Source of the DNA: Candidatus Poriferihabitans sp.
Lineage (GTDB): Bacteria; Pseudomonadota; Gammaproteobacteria; Arenicellales; Poriferihabitantaceae
Assembly: GCA_965220975.1 (NCBI GenBank)
Contig: OZ244855.1
Coordinates: 1,139,879 to 1,203,878, forward strand
Length of the DNA: 64,000 bases
Reading direction: 5' to 3'
The notes beneath the pieces were generated by a model. The model was not told the DNA's origin. It did not search any database and was given only the letters and a program-made list of their open reading frames with translations. The position numbers and the translations under genes are program-made. Shown piece after piece: positions 11,301-21,114 of the stretch (position 1 is the stretch's first letter; each line of letters starts with the position of its first letter).

Positions 11301-12605
11301 ATGCCACGACCGACCCGAACTCGATTCGATACTCTTTCTTTGCATGCCGGACAACGACCTGATCCGGTTCACGGTGCACGGGCCGTTCCCATCTATCAAA
11401 CTACAAGTTATGTTTTTCGAGACAGCGACCATGCAGCATCGTTGTTCAACATGGAAAGGCCAGGGCATGCCTACTCTCGTCTTTCCAATCCAACTACAGC
11501 AGTCCTCGAAGAACGAATTGCAGCCCTGGAAGAAGGAATTGGGGGCATTGCAACCTCTAGTGGCCAGGCTGCGCTCCATCTGGCTATTGCCACCTTGATG
11601 GGTTCGCAATCACACATCGTTTCCTCTAGCGCTATCTACGGTGGATCTCACAATCTGCTCGAATACACCTTGCCCCGGTTTGGCATAGCAACGACCTTCG
11701 TCTCACCGCGTGATATCGATGGTATTCGTACAGCCATTCGCCCCAATACCCGGCTAATATTTGGCGAGACAATCGGCAATCCTGGAAATGACATCATGAA
11801 TATTCCAGCTGTTGCCGAAATTGCAAACGAGCACAAAATTCCGCTCATGATCGACTCGACATTTACCACTCCATACTTAATGAAACCCTTTGAACTTGGA
11901 GCGAGCCTGATTATGCATTCGGCAACCAAATTTCTATCTGGACACGGCACAGTAATTGGAGGTGTTCTGGTTGATCATGGAAGGTTTGACTGGGAAGCGA
12001 GTGGTAAATTTGAAACACTTTCAGAGCCTTATTCTGGTTTTCATGACATGACTTTCGATGAGGAAATGAGCCAGGGCGGATTTCTTCTGAGAGCTCGCCG
12101 CGAGGGAATGCGGGATTTTGGAGCATGCATGTCACCAACAGTAGCCTTCTATATCCTGCAAGGCATCGAGACACTCTCGTTACGAATGCAACGACATACC
12201 ACGAATACCCGAAAAGTGATTCAATATCTTCAGTCATCGGATCAAGTTGAGGCAGTCAGTTACCCCGAGTTACCCGAGCATCCAGATTACGAATTGGCAA
12301 AAACTCTTCTGCCCCGTGGAGCAGGTTCAATCTTCAGTTTCTCGTTAAAGGGAGGGCGAAAAGCAGGTAAAGCATTTACTGAAGGGCTCGAGGTTTTTTC
12401 GCATTTGGCAAATGTTGGAGATGCAAAATCCCTCATTATTCATCCAGCCAGCACGACCCATCACCGCATGAGCAAAGATGACCTGGAAAAGGCTGGGATC
12501 ACCGAAGGAACAATCCGATTGTCGGTTGGACTTGAAGACATTGATGATCTAACCGAAGATCTCTCTAAAGGACTCTATCTCGCAAAGAAAGCATCCGATA
12601 AATAA
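11301..12605 (+). CDS. metY: O-acetylhomoserine aminocarboxypropyltransferase / sulfhydrylase
   Basis: FDTLSLHAGQ, AVPIYQTTSYVF, YSRLSNPT, HSATKFLSGHG (PLP lysine), HLANVGDAKSLIIHPASTTH. Start moved to ATG 11301. Confidence 0.93.
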   Translation: MPRPTRTRFDTLSLHAGQRPDPVHGARAVPIYQTTSYVFRDSDHAASLFNMERPGHAYSRLSNPTTAVLEERIAALEEGIGGIATSSGQAALHLAIATLMGSQSHIVSSSAIYGGSHNLLEYTLPRFGIATTFVSPRDIDGIRTAIRPNTRLIFGETIGNPGNDIMNIPAVAEIANEHKIPLMIDSTFTTPYLMKPFELGASLIMHSATKFLSGHGTVIGGVLVDHGRFDWEASGKFETLSEPYSGFHDMTFDEEMSQGGFLLRARREGMRDFGACMSPTVAFYILQGIETLSLRMQRHTTNTRKVIQYLQSSDQVEAVSYPELPEHPDYELAKTLLPRGAGSIFSFSLKGGRKAGKAFTEGLEVFSHLANVGDAKSLIIHPASTTHHRMSKDDLEKAGITEGTIRLSVGLEDIDDLTEDLSKGLYLAKKASDK

Positions 12606-12616
12606 GTTCACTGCAA

Positions 12617-13414
12617 ATGTATATCAACCTGCAAAACACTCCATACTACGCTTATACCGCTACACATGAACTCCAGCCAGAATTAGAAACGATTGTGTTT
12701 GTACATGGTGCCTCGATGGATCATTCCGTGTGGTCTCATCAAAGCCGATATTTTGCCTACCATGGATACAATGTATTGGCTGTCGATCTTCCTGGACATC
12801 GATTAAGCAAGGGTAAACTTCTTTCGAGCATTGAAGACATCGCAAAATGGCTGATTCAGATTCTTGGCAACGTTCAGTGTCGAACAGTCCATTTGGTTGG
12901 TCATAGTATGGGAGCACTGGCTGTGCTTGAGGTTGCCTCGCAAATTGATGTCGATGTACATAATCTGAAATCATTATCCTTGGTCGGCTTTTGTTATCCA
13001 ATGCAAGTTGCCCCGGCTTTAATGAATGCAGCCAAAGAAAATCCAAGCAAAGCCTATTCCATGATGACGCAGTGGAGTCATGCATCAAGAACTGGCGGTG
13101 AACCGGTACCAGGATTCTGGTCAGCCGGCATGCAAATGAGCATGATGGAAAATAACAAGAAAGCTGCGATTCATTGCAATTTGCAAGCATGTCGTGATTA
13201 TTTGGGTGGTGAGCAAGCATTTGCAAAAGTGAAGTGTCCCATCCTGTTCATTAGTGGAAAACTAGACAAAATGGCCCCCGCGAAACTCGCTGTCCAACAA
13301 GCGAAAAAAAACAAGAATGCGAAAATCCAACTGCTTGATGGATGCGGTCACAATATCATGTTTGAATCGCCTGATGGTGTTCTCGAATGCCTGAATCGAT
13401 TCATTCGTCCTTGA
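12617..13414 (+). CDS. Alpha/beta-fold hydrolase
   Basis: FVHGA, DLPGH, nucleophile elbow GHSMG, C-terminal GCGH. Confidence 0.9.
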   Translation: MYINLQNTPYYAYTATHELQPELETIVFVHGASMDHSVWSHQSRYFAYHGYNVLAVDLPGHRLSKGKLLSSIEDIAKWLIQILGNVQCRTVHLVGHSMGALAVLEVASQIDVDVHNLKSLSLVGFCYPMQVAPALMNAAKENPSKAYSMMTQWSHASRTGGEPVPGFWSAGMQMSMMENNKKAAIHCNLQACRDYLGGEQAFAKVKCPILFISGKLDKMAPAKLAVQQAKKNKNAKIQLLDGCGHNIMFESPDGVLECLNRFIRP

Positions 13415-13524
13415 ACTGGCGAATTTTCCCCGTACCGCAAGGTCAATAATGAATTACCGCGGATGCAGAACAGCATCCGGTGCATCAGCCATCCAGCCGA
13501 AGAGCGCGAACAGGTATTCGACGT

Positions 13525-13879
13525 TCATTCTTCTGGAGGCCAGAGCTCCTCAAGCAACACCTGAATAATATGATGCAGTTCGGGCAGTTCATTTTTTGCG
13601 TAAGACCATGTTCGATAAGACTTTACCTGGCATATCCACGGATCAACAAGTTTCGGAAATCCACGATCTTCCGCAAGTCGGGAATACGTCCCGCAAGCTC
13701 AGGATCAACGCCATGCAGTCGATTTAGCGCTTCACCGATGATTTCGAACTTGCGTTCGACCGATGCCTGTTTTCCCCATCGCTAGAGTAGGTATCAAAGT
13801 CAAACCCTTCAAGATACTCTGTAATATCTCTGGCAGCCTGATCGACATCTGGGAGAAAAACACGAACGTCAGGACTCAT
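13525..13879 (-). pseudogene. HepT-like (DUF86/HEPN) ribonuclease toxin, frameshifted
   Basis: MSPDVRVFLPDVDQAARDITEYL..., then in another frame ASVERKFEIIGEALNRL...IVDFRNLLIRGY*. The HEPN R-x4-H histidine is replaced by R, and there are further frameshifts/stops. Confidence 0.8.
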
Positions 13880-14180
13880 ATATTAATTCTTTTGACTTAT
13901 TGATGGCTACACGAAGATATGGATTACGAATTGCTTCGACTTCAACCAGGTCAACCGGATGTCCAACCGCACGAGACAAGGCATCCCGGAAGTCAAAATA
14001 CTGCCCCAGTGTACAGTTTTCATCCTGATGACAGAATTCCACCAGAAAGTCGACATCGCTTGTTTCAGGGTCAAAATCCACCCCTCTCGCGCCAGACCCG
14101 AAGATTTCGAGACGAGTCACGCCATGGAGCTTGCAAAGTTCCACCAGCTTTTCCCGCTTGTCAGCTATTGCATCATGCAT
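13869..14180 (-). CDS. Minimal nucleotidyltransferase (MNT) antitoxin
   Basis: From ATG 14180: MHDAIADKREKLVELCKLHGVTRLEIFGSGARGVDFDPETSDVDFLVEF (GS...DxD motif), VDLV, IRNPYL. Confidence 0.9.
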   Translation of the reverse strand: MHDAIADKREKLVELCKLHGVTRLEIFGSGARGVDFDPETSDVDFLVEFCHQDENCTLGQYFDFRDALSRAVGHPVDLVEVEAIRNPYLRVAINKSKELIYES

Positions 14181-14237
14181 TACCAGATTCCTCAGTATCG
14201 TGGGTAAAAATTCATTGCTCCAGCTCAAGTCGGAACT

Positions 14238-14503
14238 GCAAAACTGCCCTCCGATTGAAAACTCATGAACAAATTTGTATCGGTGTGCATGGCCGCGAGT
14301 GCAAGATGAGCACCTGTATCTGACCATTCTGGTCAGTGGTGGTGGCAATCTCACCATGGTGGAATCATATACGGGATTGTCGGGCTGCGCAAGACTCGGC
14401 GAAAGGCCTCCCGATGGCTTTTGCTTTGGCAAATGAAATTCAATTGAAAGCTTTCCAACATCATGAAGAAAAAGGTGTCAGTACCGATATGACCTCCCCA
14501 AAA
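14238..14503. repeat. Left arm of long inverted repeat (pairs with 15212-15477)
   Basis: Its reverse complement aligns to 15212-15477. 14401-14494 is identical to the reverse complement of 15221-15314 (94 bp); the outer part is more diverged. Confidence 0.95.
14364..14392 (-). promoter_or_regulatory. Putative sigma70 promoter (TTGCGC-N17-TATGAT) facing the MNT gene
   Basis: Minus strand reads TTGCGC agcccgacaatcccgta TATGAT. Confidence 0.55.
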
Positions 14504-15239
14504 CCTACAAAAAGAACTCAGATATTTCAAACTGAGTCATTACCCAAAAGGCCTCTCCCGCTCGTACTGCCCTAACTGAAATCAGGCGGCACGCAGTAAT
14601 TCCCGGTTCTTTTCACGAACAGCTGTTCGTTCCGGCAGTCATCGTCAGTCCGCGAGCGGTTCGTTGCCTGTTCGATCCCGGGCTTTCAATCATGTGACTT
14701 CCAGCCCATGAAAAACTTCATGCGGGGTCCGATAGCCAAGGCGGTTGCCGCCGGCGGGCGAATGGTGCGCAGAAAGTCGCACAGGATCGAATAGCCTCCG
14801 TCATGACCCCGCTCCTCGATCTCGGGCTTCAGCCGACTCGCAGACAGTTCGGGATACGCCTGCAAGCGACCCGACAGGAACTCCTTTTTACGAATCCAGC
14901 TTGCTGCCCACCACGCGCGAACCGGGCATCCCGCCGCCCCCAATGTCGGTGTTCAGGCATTTGCGAACGGTCTTGCGATCCCTTCCCGCACGGTGTGCGA
15001 TGCCGGTAATCGAAAGCCCCTCTTCTCGCAACTTCTCCATCATCAGGTATTCCTAAATATCGTTCATTCTCCGTCCTCTTTTCAAGTTGGTAAAAACAAC
15101 TCGAAACTACGGGAAGACTTTCCTCTCCACTCCCCCCCCCCCAAACGGGAAAAATGGATCAGTACTTCCGGGGATTCTGAATCGGTAGAAGTGGGGAAAC
15201 TCGATCGGTACTTTTGGGGCGGTCATATCGGTACTGACA
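14476..15239 (-). mobile_element. Internally deleted IS21-family element (istA N-terminal pseudogene)
   Basis: TG...CA ends with 28-bp IRs TGTCAGTACCGATATGACC(T/G)CCCCAAAA and repeated (G)TACCGAT sub-terminal boxes. Broken IstA HTH region: KLREEGLSITGIAHRAGRDRKTVRK / RLKPEIEERGHDGGYSILCDFLR. Confidence 0.85.
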
Positions 15240-15477
15240 CCTTTTTCTTCATGATGTTGGAAAGCTTTCAATTGAATTTCATTTGCCAAAGCAAAAGCCA
15301 TCGGGAGGCCTTTCACCGAGTCTTGCGCAGCTCGACAATCCCGTATATGATTCCACTCATGGTGAGATTGCCATCACCATTGAACAAAGTGGGCAAATAC
15401 AGGTGCTCATTTTGCACTCGCAACCATACATACCGGTATAACTCTGTTCATGGGTTCGCAATCGGGGGCAATGTTGC
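15212..15477. repeat. Right arm of long inverted repeat (pairs with 14238-14503)
   Basis: See left arm. Confidence 0.95.
15323..15351 (+). promoter_or_regulatory. Putative sigma70 promoter (TTGCGC-N17-TATGAT) facing mtaD
   Basis: TTGCGC agctcgacaatcccgta TATGAT. Confidence 0.55.
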
Positions 15478-15518
15478 GCTTTGATCATACGTTTTCTTTT
15501 ACCTTGAAACATTCGCTT

Positions 15519-16841
15519 ATGGATCATGTTGAACAAATCCTCTTTCCCAAGTGGGTTATACCTGTCGATGAGGAAAATTCCGTTCATGAAGGTTACGGCA
15601 TAGCAATTGATGCCGGACGTATCGTTGCAGTAGCCAAAAAACTGGAAATGGAAGCCCAATATACTTCGAACGACGTTGCGGTACTAGACGATCATGCCAT
15701 TATTCCTGGATTGGTCAATGCACATACGCATGCTCCCATGACTCTATTCCGGGGACTGGCTGATGATTTGCCAATGCAAGAGTGGCTCAATGAGCATATC
15801 TGGCCAGCTGAAGCGAAATGGGTTGATGAAGAATTTGTACGTGCAGGGACCAACCTTGCTTGTGCAGAAATGTTGCGTTCGGGTACGACCTGCTTCAATG
15901 ACATGTATTTCTTTCCGAATGTTGTAGCTGAGCAATGCGAAGCTTGTGGCATACGGGCTTGTGTCGGCATGATCGTGATTGAATTTCCAACAATCTGGGC
16001 AAACAATCCAGATGAATATATTCAAAAAGGTCTCGATCTCCGGAATTCCTTCAAGCAATCAAGTCTTATTACTACCTGTTTATCACCTCATGCGCCCTAT
16101 ACCGTATCCGATAATACTCTTGAGCAAATTGTCGAGTTGTCAACAGCACTAGACTGTCCGGTTCATATGCACGTACACGAAACCGCCGAAGAGGTAGAAC
16201 GGGCGGTTTGCGAAACTGGTGTCCGCCCGCTTGAACGTTTGAATCATCTTGGACTACTCAACAAGCGCCTGATGGCGGTTCACATGACTCAACTCACATC
16301 GGATGAGATTAAAACCCTTGCTGAGAGCAAGGTCCATGTGATTCATTGCCCTGAATCAAATCTCAAACTGTCTTCCGGAAATTGTCCAGCTGGCATATTG
16401 ACTAGCCATGATGTCAATATTGCTCTTGGCACTGATGGTGCTGCAAGCAACAATGATCTGGACATGTTCGGCGAAATGCATACAGCTTCATTATTGGCAA
16501 AAATAGTCGGTGGCTCCGCTACCTTCATGAATGCCTATACAACACTTCGCATCGCGACCTTGAATGGAGCCAAAGCTCTTGATCTCGATCATGAAATTGG
16601 TTCCATTGAAATCGGAAAATCAGCAGACTTAGCGGCAATTGATCTGTCTCATCCAGCGACTCAACCTTGTTATAACCCGGTCAGCCAAATTGTATATAGC
16701 GCATCCCGCGATCAAGTTACCGATGTTTGGGTAGCTGGAAAACGGTTGTTAAATGCAGGAAACCTCACTACGGTTGATGAGCATCAATCCATATCGATTG
16801 CCCGAGACTGGCGTGACAAAATTTATCATTCAAGAACATGA
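15519..16841 (+). CDS. mtaD: TRZ/ATZ-family amidohydrolase (5'-methylthioadenosine/S-adenosylhomocysteine deaminase-like)
   Basis: PGLVNAHTH, DMYFF, PHAPYT, HMHVHET, HCPESNLKL, GTDGAASNNDLD; conserved position before ubiG. Start moved to ATG 15519. Confidence 0.9.
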   Translation: MDHVEQILFPKWVIPVDEENSVHEGYGIAIDAGRIVAVAKKLEMEAQYTSNDVAVLDDHAIIPGLVNAHTHAPMTLFRGLADDLPMQEWLNEHIWPAEAKWVDEEFVRAGTNLACAEMLRSGTTCFNDMYFFPNVVAEQCEACGIRACVGMIVIEFPTIWANNPDEYIQKGLDLRNSFKQSSLITTCLSPHAPYTVSDNTLEQIVELSTALDCPVHMHVHETAEEVERAVCETGVRPLERLNHLGLLNKRLMAVHMTQLTSDEIKTLAESKVHVIHCPESNLKLSSGNCPAGILTSHDVNIALGTDGAASNNDLDMFGEMHTASLLAKIVGGSATFMNAYTTLRIATLNGAKALDLDHEIGSIEIGKSADLAAIDLSHPATQPCYNPVSQIVYSASRDQVTDVWVAGKRLLNAGNLTTVDEHQSISIARDWRDKIYHSRT

Positions 16842-17572
16842 AAACAAGCCAGTCCTTCCACATAGATAATAATGTGGACAGTAGTGAACGCGTGAAATTT
16901 GAGGTATCCATTGATCAATGGTGGGATCCTGAAGGTGATTTCGCATCACTGCACCGTATCAACCCACTTCGATTAAGCTTCATCGACGAGCGTACACCTC
17001 TACTCGACAAAATGGTCTGCGATGTCGGCTGTGGTGGCGGCATACTGAGTGAAGGCATGGCAAAAATGGGGGCTAGAGTCACGGGTATCGATATCTCGGA
17101 TGAAATTCTGGAAGTAGCAAGAACGCATGCTCAACATCTGAATCTGGACATTGATTATCAGTGCATGGATATCCACAAACTCGCTAAAACCAACACGAAA
17201 CAATGGGATGTCGTGACATGTCTGGAGGCGCTTGAGCATGTTCCAGACCCATTCAGCCTGATCCAAGGATGCGCAAAACTGGTCAAACCAGGAGGTTCAG
17301 TCTATTTTTCAACCATGAACCGCAATCTCAAATCGTTTGCACAAGCGATAGTCGGAGCGGAATACATTCTCGGGTTGCTACCGAAAGGAACACACGACTA
17401 CGGCAAATTTATCCGCCCTTATGAACTTCTAAAGTGGTGTGAACAATGTGGCATGGATCTGGCTGATATGAAAGGAATATCTTACAACCCTATTTTCGAT
17501 CAATATTCCATCGTGGAATCAACAGAAGTCAATTACATCGCTCATGCTATCTATCCTGAAGCAGTTGTATGA
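16838..17572 (+). CDS. ubiG: Ubiquinone biosynthesis O-methyltransferase
   Basis: WWDPEG, LHRINPLRL, DVGCGGGILSE, LEHVPDP, GTHDYGKFIRP. Confidence 0.97.
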   Translation: MKTSQSFHIDNNVDSSERVKFEVSIDQWWDPEGDFASLHRINPLRLSFIDERTPLLDKMVCDVGCGGGILSEGMAKMGARVTGIDISDEILEVARTHAQHLNLDIDYQCMDIHKLAKTNTKQWDVVTCLEALEHVPDPFSLIQGCAKLVKPGGSVYFSTMNRNLKSFAQAIVGAEYILGLLPKGTHDYGKFIRPYELLKWCEQCGMDLADMKGISYNPIFDQYSIVESTEVNYIAHAIYPEAVV

Positions 17573-18249
17573 ACAATCCACTACCCTCTCCAATCCAGAA
17601 CATATTATTCGATCTTGACGGCACTCTGGTTGATTCACATGGCGATCTCTGCAATGCGCTAAACCGACTCGAAACAGAGTGCGGAAAGCCCCCAACACCG
17701 CATGATGTGATCCGTCCATACGTCTCGCAAGGGGCTATGAAAATGATTTGTGTTGCTTTCGATGTTGAGCTCAACAAGGACAATCCTCGACTCCAATCTT
17801 TATGGCGACAATTGCTTCAATTCTATCGAGAGAATATTGCCTCGGTGTCGAGACTTTTCCCGGGAATGCCCGAGGTTCTTGACCATTTGCGACTGAATGG
17901 AATAGGATGGGGGATTGTAACCAACAAACCTGAAGGGCTTTCGCGTCAACTACTTACTGCACTGAATATCCAGCCACCAAAAGGATGCATTGTCGGTGGA
18001 GATACGCTACCATCCAAGAAACCGGAGCCTGAAACTTTGTTATACGCCTGTCAGTTACTTGCAGCCGAACCAAAAAAGACGATCTATGCAGGAGATGATC
18101 CACGAGACGTCATGGCCGGGAAAAACGCGGGTATGGCCACGATAGCTGCCAGATATGGATACTATATGCCTGATAATCCACCAGATTTCTGGGGAGCAGA
18201 TCGCATCATTGATCATCCAATCGAATTGATTGATATCTTGTCGAACTAG
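17569..18249 (+). CDS. gph: HAD-family phosphatase (phosphoglycolate phosphatase / MupP-like)
   Basis: FDLDGTLVDS, VTNKP, KKPEP, GDDPRD; follows ubiG. Confidence 0.85.
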   Translation: MNNPLPSPIQNILFDLDGTLVDSHGDLCNALNRLETECGKPPTPHDVIRPYVSQGAMKMICVAFDVELNKDNPRLQSLWRQLLQFYRENIASVSRLFPGMPEVLDHLRLNGIGWGIVTNKPEGLSRQLLTALNIQPPKGCIVGGDTLPSKKPEPETLLYACQLLAAEPKKTIYAGDDPRDVMAGKNAGMATIAARYGYYMPDNPPDFWGADRIIDHPIELIDILSN

Positions 18250-18255
18250 AGTTCA

Positions 18256-19122
18256 GTGGAAATTCTGAACAACCCTCAAGCTGCCCAGAAATTATGTCAT
18301 TTGTGGCGTGAAAATGGCTTGCAAGTTGGCTTTGTGGCAACCATGGGAGCACTTCATGACGGACATTTATCTCTACTTGAACAAGCGATTTCTGAAAACG
18401 ATCGAACCTGCGCAAGCATCTTCGTCAACCCGTTGCAATTTGATGACTCTCAAGACTTGAAGAATTACCCAAGCAATATGGAAAAAGATTTGGAACTACT
18501 TGATCATTATGGATGTGATATGGCATTTTCCGGAACGATGGAAACGTTCTTCCCGGAAGTCAATCATCCTGATCAGATTGAACAAATCGATCCGGGGCCC
18601 TGCGCCAGAGATTTGGAAGGGGCCTATCGACCGGGCTTTTTTGAAGGTGTTGCAACAATCGTAGATCGCCTGTTTCGGACTGTTGGTGATTGCAAGGCCT
18701 ATTTTGGCGAGAAAGACTTTCAGCAAACCTTGGTAATCAAGCACTTGTCTAGTCAATTGAAAATTACCGGAATCAATATTGAAGTTGTTGTATGTCCCAC
18801 TATCCGAAATGAAGACGGACTTGCGTTATCCTCACGCAATCAACATTTAGGAATAACTCAGATTGAAACTGCGAACCAAATATATCGTGCGCTGAATCAG
18901 ACACAACTAGCCTGGAGATCTTCGATTCGTGATCGAAGTACGCTTATGGAGATACTGCAAACGGAACTGAAACATCCGCAAATTCACATCGACTATGCTG
19001 AAGTTCGTAACCCTGAAAACTGGAATTCAACCGAACCAGAAATGGCCGATGCAATTGCACTTGTAGCAGTACGCATTGGTGGTGTTCGCCTTATCGACAA
19101 TCTCCGCCTCAATCAGCCGTGA
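18256..19122 (+). CDS. panC: Pantoate--beta-alanine ligase
   Basis: TMGALHDGH, SIFVNPLQF, FGEKDFQQ, GLALSSRN, RLIDN. Confidence 0.97.
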   Translation: MEILNNPQAAQKLCHLWRENGLQVGFVATMGALHDGHLSLLEQAISENDRTCASIFVNPLQFDDSQDLKNYPSNMEKDLELLDHYGCDMAFSGTMETFFPEVNHPDQIEQIDPGPCARDLEGAYRPGFFEGVATIVDRLFRTVGDCKAYFGEKDFQQTLVIKHLSSQLKITGINIEVVVCPTIRNEDGLALSSRNQHLGITQIETANQIYRALNQTQLAWRSSIRDRSTLMEILQTELKHPQIHIDYAEVRNPENWNSTEPEMADAIALVAVRIGGVRLIDNLRLNQP

Positions 19123-19207
19123 AACCATGGTTCAGTCAACATAGCAGCTCGAACAAAATTACCGGATACAGCAACAATTACCCTATCCTGCAAACGGAAC
19201 AAAGATT

Positions 19208-19912
19208 ATGAATCACCCAAACGACAAAAAGGCAATCGTACTCGGAGGAAGTTCGGGCATTGGACTAGAAACTTCCCGGCTCTTGGCAAAACATGGGGTC
19301 GAGGTAATTGTCGGTAGTCGACGTGGAATGCTTGATGAACCTTTATCAGGTGTTCATGCAGAAAGTGTTGACGTGCTCGATAGAGCATCTCTACAGAATT
19401 TTTTCGAACGTCAAGGACAAGTTGATTATCTGGTCAATTCAGCCACGGGTGGCAAGCGGGCTGTTGGCTCATTTCTGGATATGGATATTGAGGGGTTTCG
19501 TGGATCATTTGCGAAACTCTGGGGTTATACCAACTCGGTTCACCTAGGTGCCAGGCACATCAAGGCGAATGGGGCAATTGTTCTGGTCAGCGGTTATCCA
19601 GCCAGACGCTTCAAACCCGGTTACATAGCGATTTCCACTGTAGGGAATGCTGTCGAAGGTTTTGTTCGCGGGATGGCTCATGAATTGAAGCCAATAAGAA
19701 TAAATGCGGTTGCACCTGGCTTAATCGATACACCCATGTTTGCACAACAAGGACATGAACGAGAAATTTTTCTTTCCGAATCCACGAAAGACCACTTGAT
19801 TCCCAGAGCTGGAAATCCCGAAGAAGTAGCTAAAGCGATCCTATTTGCACTCGAAAATGAATTTGTTACAGGAACCACTATCGATGTTGATGGTGGCGCA
19901 TTGATTCATTGA
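19208..19912 (+). CDS. Short-chain dehydrogenase/reductase (atypical)
   Basis: GGSSGIG, RINAVAPGLIDTP, VTGTTIDVDGG. Confidence 0.9.
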   Translation: MNHPNDKKAIVLGGSSGIGLETSRLLAKHGVEVIVGSRRGMLDEPLSGVHAESVDVLDRASLQNFFERQGQVDYLVNSATGGKRAVGSFLDMDIEGFRGSFAKLWGYTNSVHLGARHIKANGAIVLVSGYPARRFKPGYIAISTVGNAVEGFVRGMAHELKPIRINAVAPGLIDTPMFAQQGHEREIFLSESTKDHLIPRAGNPEEVAKAILFALENEFVTGTTIDVDGGALIH

Positions 19913-19923
19913 GCAATTCAAAA

Positions 19924-21114
19924 TCATGTCTTATCGACTTTTTTTGAGCCGACTGAACGACCGAGCTGAATCACATCACGCCCAAATCGATTGCGGATTT
20001 TGTCGGTCAAGCGATCAAGATGTCCAGATGAACTGGCGCTCTGATTGATTTGCGCTGAGTGATCAAATATTGAACTTTGCTGACTCGCTTCACAATCGAA
20101 TCCCGATATTCCAACTCCGATCAATCTCACTTTGAAGGCATGGTTCTGCAATTCTTCCGCAATCAAACTACGCACAATATTCCAGGCAGTCTGCGTGCAA
20201 TTACTGGGACTTTCTAGAGTTCGTGATCGACTGACTGTGTTGAAATCTGCATAGCGAATTTTCACTTTAACCACTCGACCTTCAAGGTTTGCATTGCGAA
20301 GCCGATAGCAAACACTCTCAGTCAGGTAGATTGCTGTTGACTCAATTGCCCTGTAATCACTGATGTCTTGCGCAAAGGTCGTTTCCTGCGAAATTGATTT
20401 CACCTCGTTGTCGGGTGTGACTTTTCGATCATCAATTCCGCAAGCGAGTTTTTGGACCGCCGAAGCATCCTGACCCAATAAATTCCGAATTACCCTCGGG
20501 TCAGCCAATCGCAAGTCCTTAATGGTTTTGATACCCGAAGATTTGAATTTTGCGCCACTCACTTTACCAATCCCCCAAAGACGTTCGATAGGCTTTGAGT
20601 CCAAAAATACCTGAACCTGCTCCTGCAAAATTACGGTAAATCCATCGGGCTTCCCTTCATCGCTCGCAAGTTTGGACAAGAACTTGTTTGGCGCGATACC
20701 CACAGAAGCAATTAATCCAAGTTCATTTGCGATATCTGATTTGATTAGCTTGCCTATATTGACTGCATTACCGTAAAGTTTTTCACTCCCGCTACAGTCC
20801 AGGAATGCCTCATCAAGAGACAATGGTTCAATAATTGGTGTGTAATGTGAAAATATATCGACAATTTGTCGAGATACTTTTCGGTACAAGGAATGTCGTG
20901 GGCGGATAATCAGCAAATCTGGACATTTCTGAACAGCCAAAGCTGTGGGCATTGCACTGTGTATCCCGAACTCTCTAGCTGGATAGTTGGCAGCCGAGAC
21001 CACCCCTCTTTTGTCTGGGAGTCCTCCAACAATTAATGGCTTGCCTCGAATATCAGGATTTTCCCGTTCCTCTACGGATGCATAAAAGGCGTCCATATCA
21101 ACGTGAATAATCAT
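19924..21114 (-). CDS. dinB: DNA polymerase IV
   Basis: IIHVDMDAFYASVE, YPAREFGIHSAMP, LSLDEAFLD, KPDG, RLIGVG. Confidence 0.96.
   Translation of the reverse strand: MIIHVDMDAFYASVEERENPDIRGKPLIVGGLPDKRGVVSAANYPAREFGIHSAMPTALAVQKCPDLLIIRPRHSLYRKVSRQIVDIFSHYTPIIEPLSLDEAFLDCSGSEKLYGNAVNIGKLIKSDIANELGLIASVGIAPNKFLSKLASDEGKPDGFTVILQEQVQVFLDSKPIERLWGIGKVSGAKFKSSGIKTIKDLRLADPRVIRNLLGQDASAVQKLACGIDDRKVTPDNEVKSISQETTFAQDISDYRAIESTAIYLTESVCYRLRNANLEGRVVKVKIRYADFNTVSRSRTLESPSNCTQTAWNIVRSLIAEELQNHAFKVRLIGVGISGFDCEASQQSSIFDHSAQINQSASSSGHLDRLTDKIRNRFGRDVIQLGRSVGSKKVDKT

Noticed and set aside
14238-14475. Repeat arms as duplicated protein-coding gene or conserved structured RNA
   Set aside because: The candidate frame has stops or indels in both arms. 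Differences are not confined to synonymous sites and show no bias toward G-U-compatible changes.
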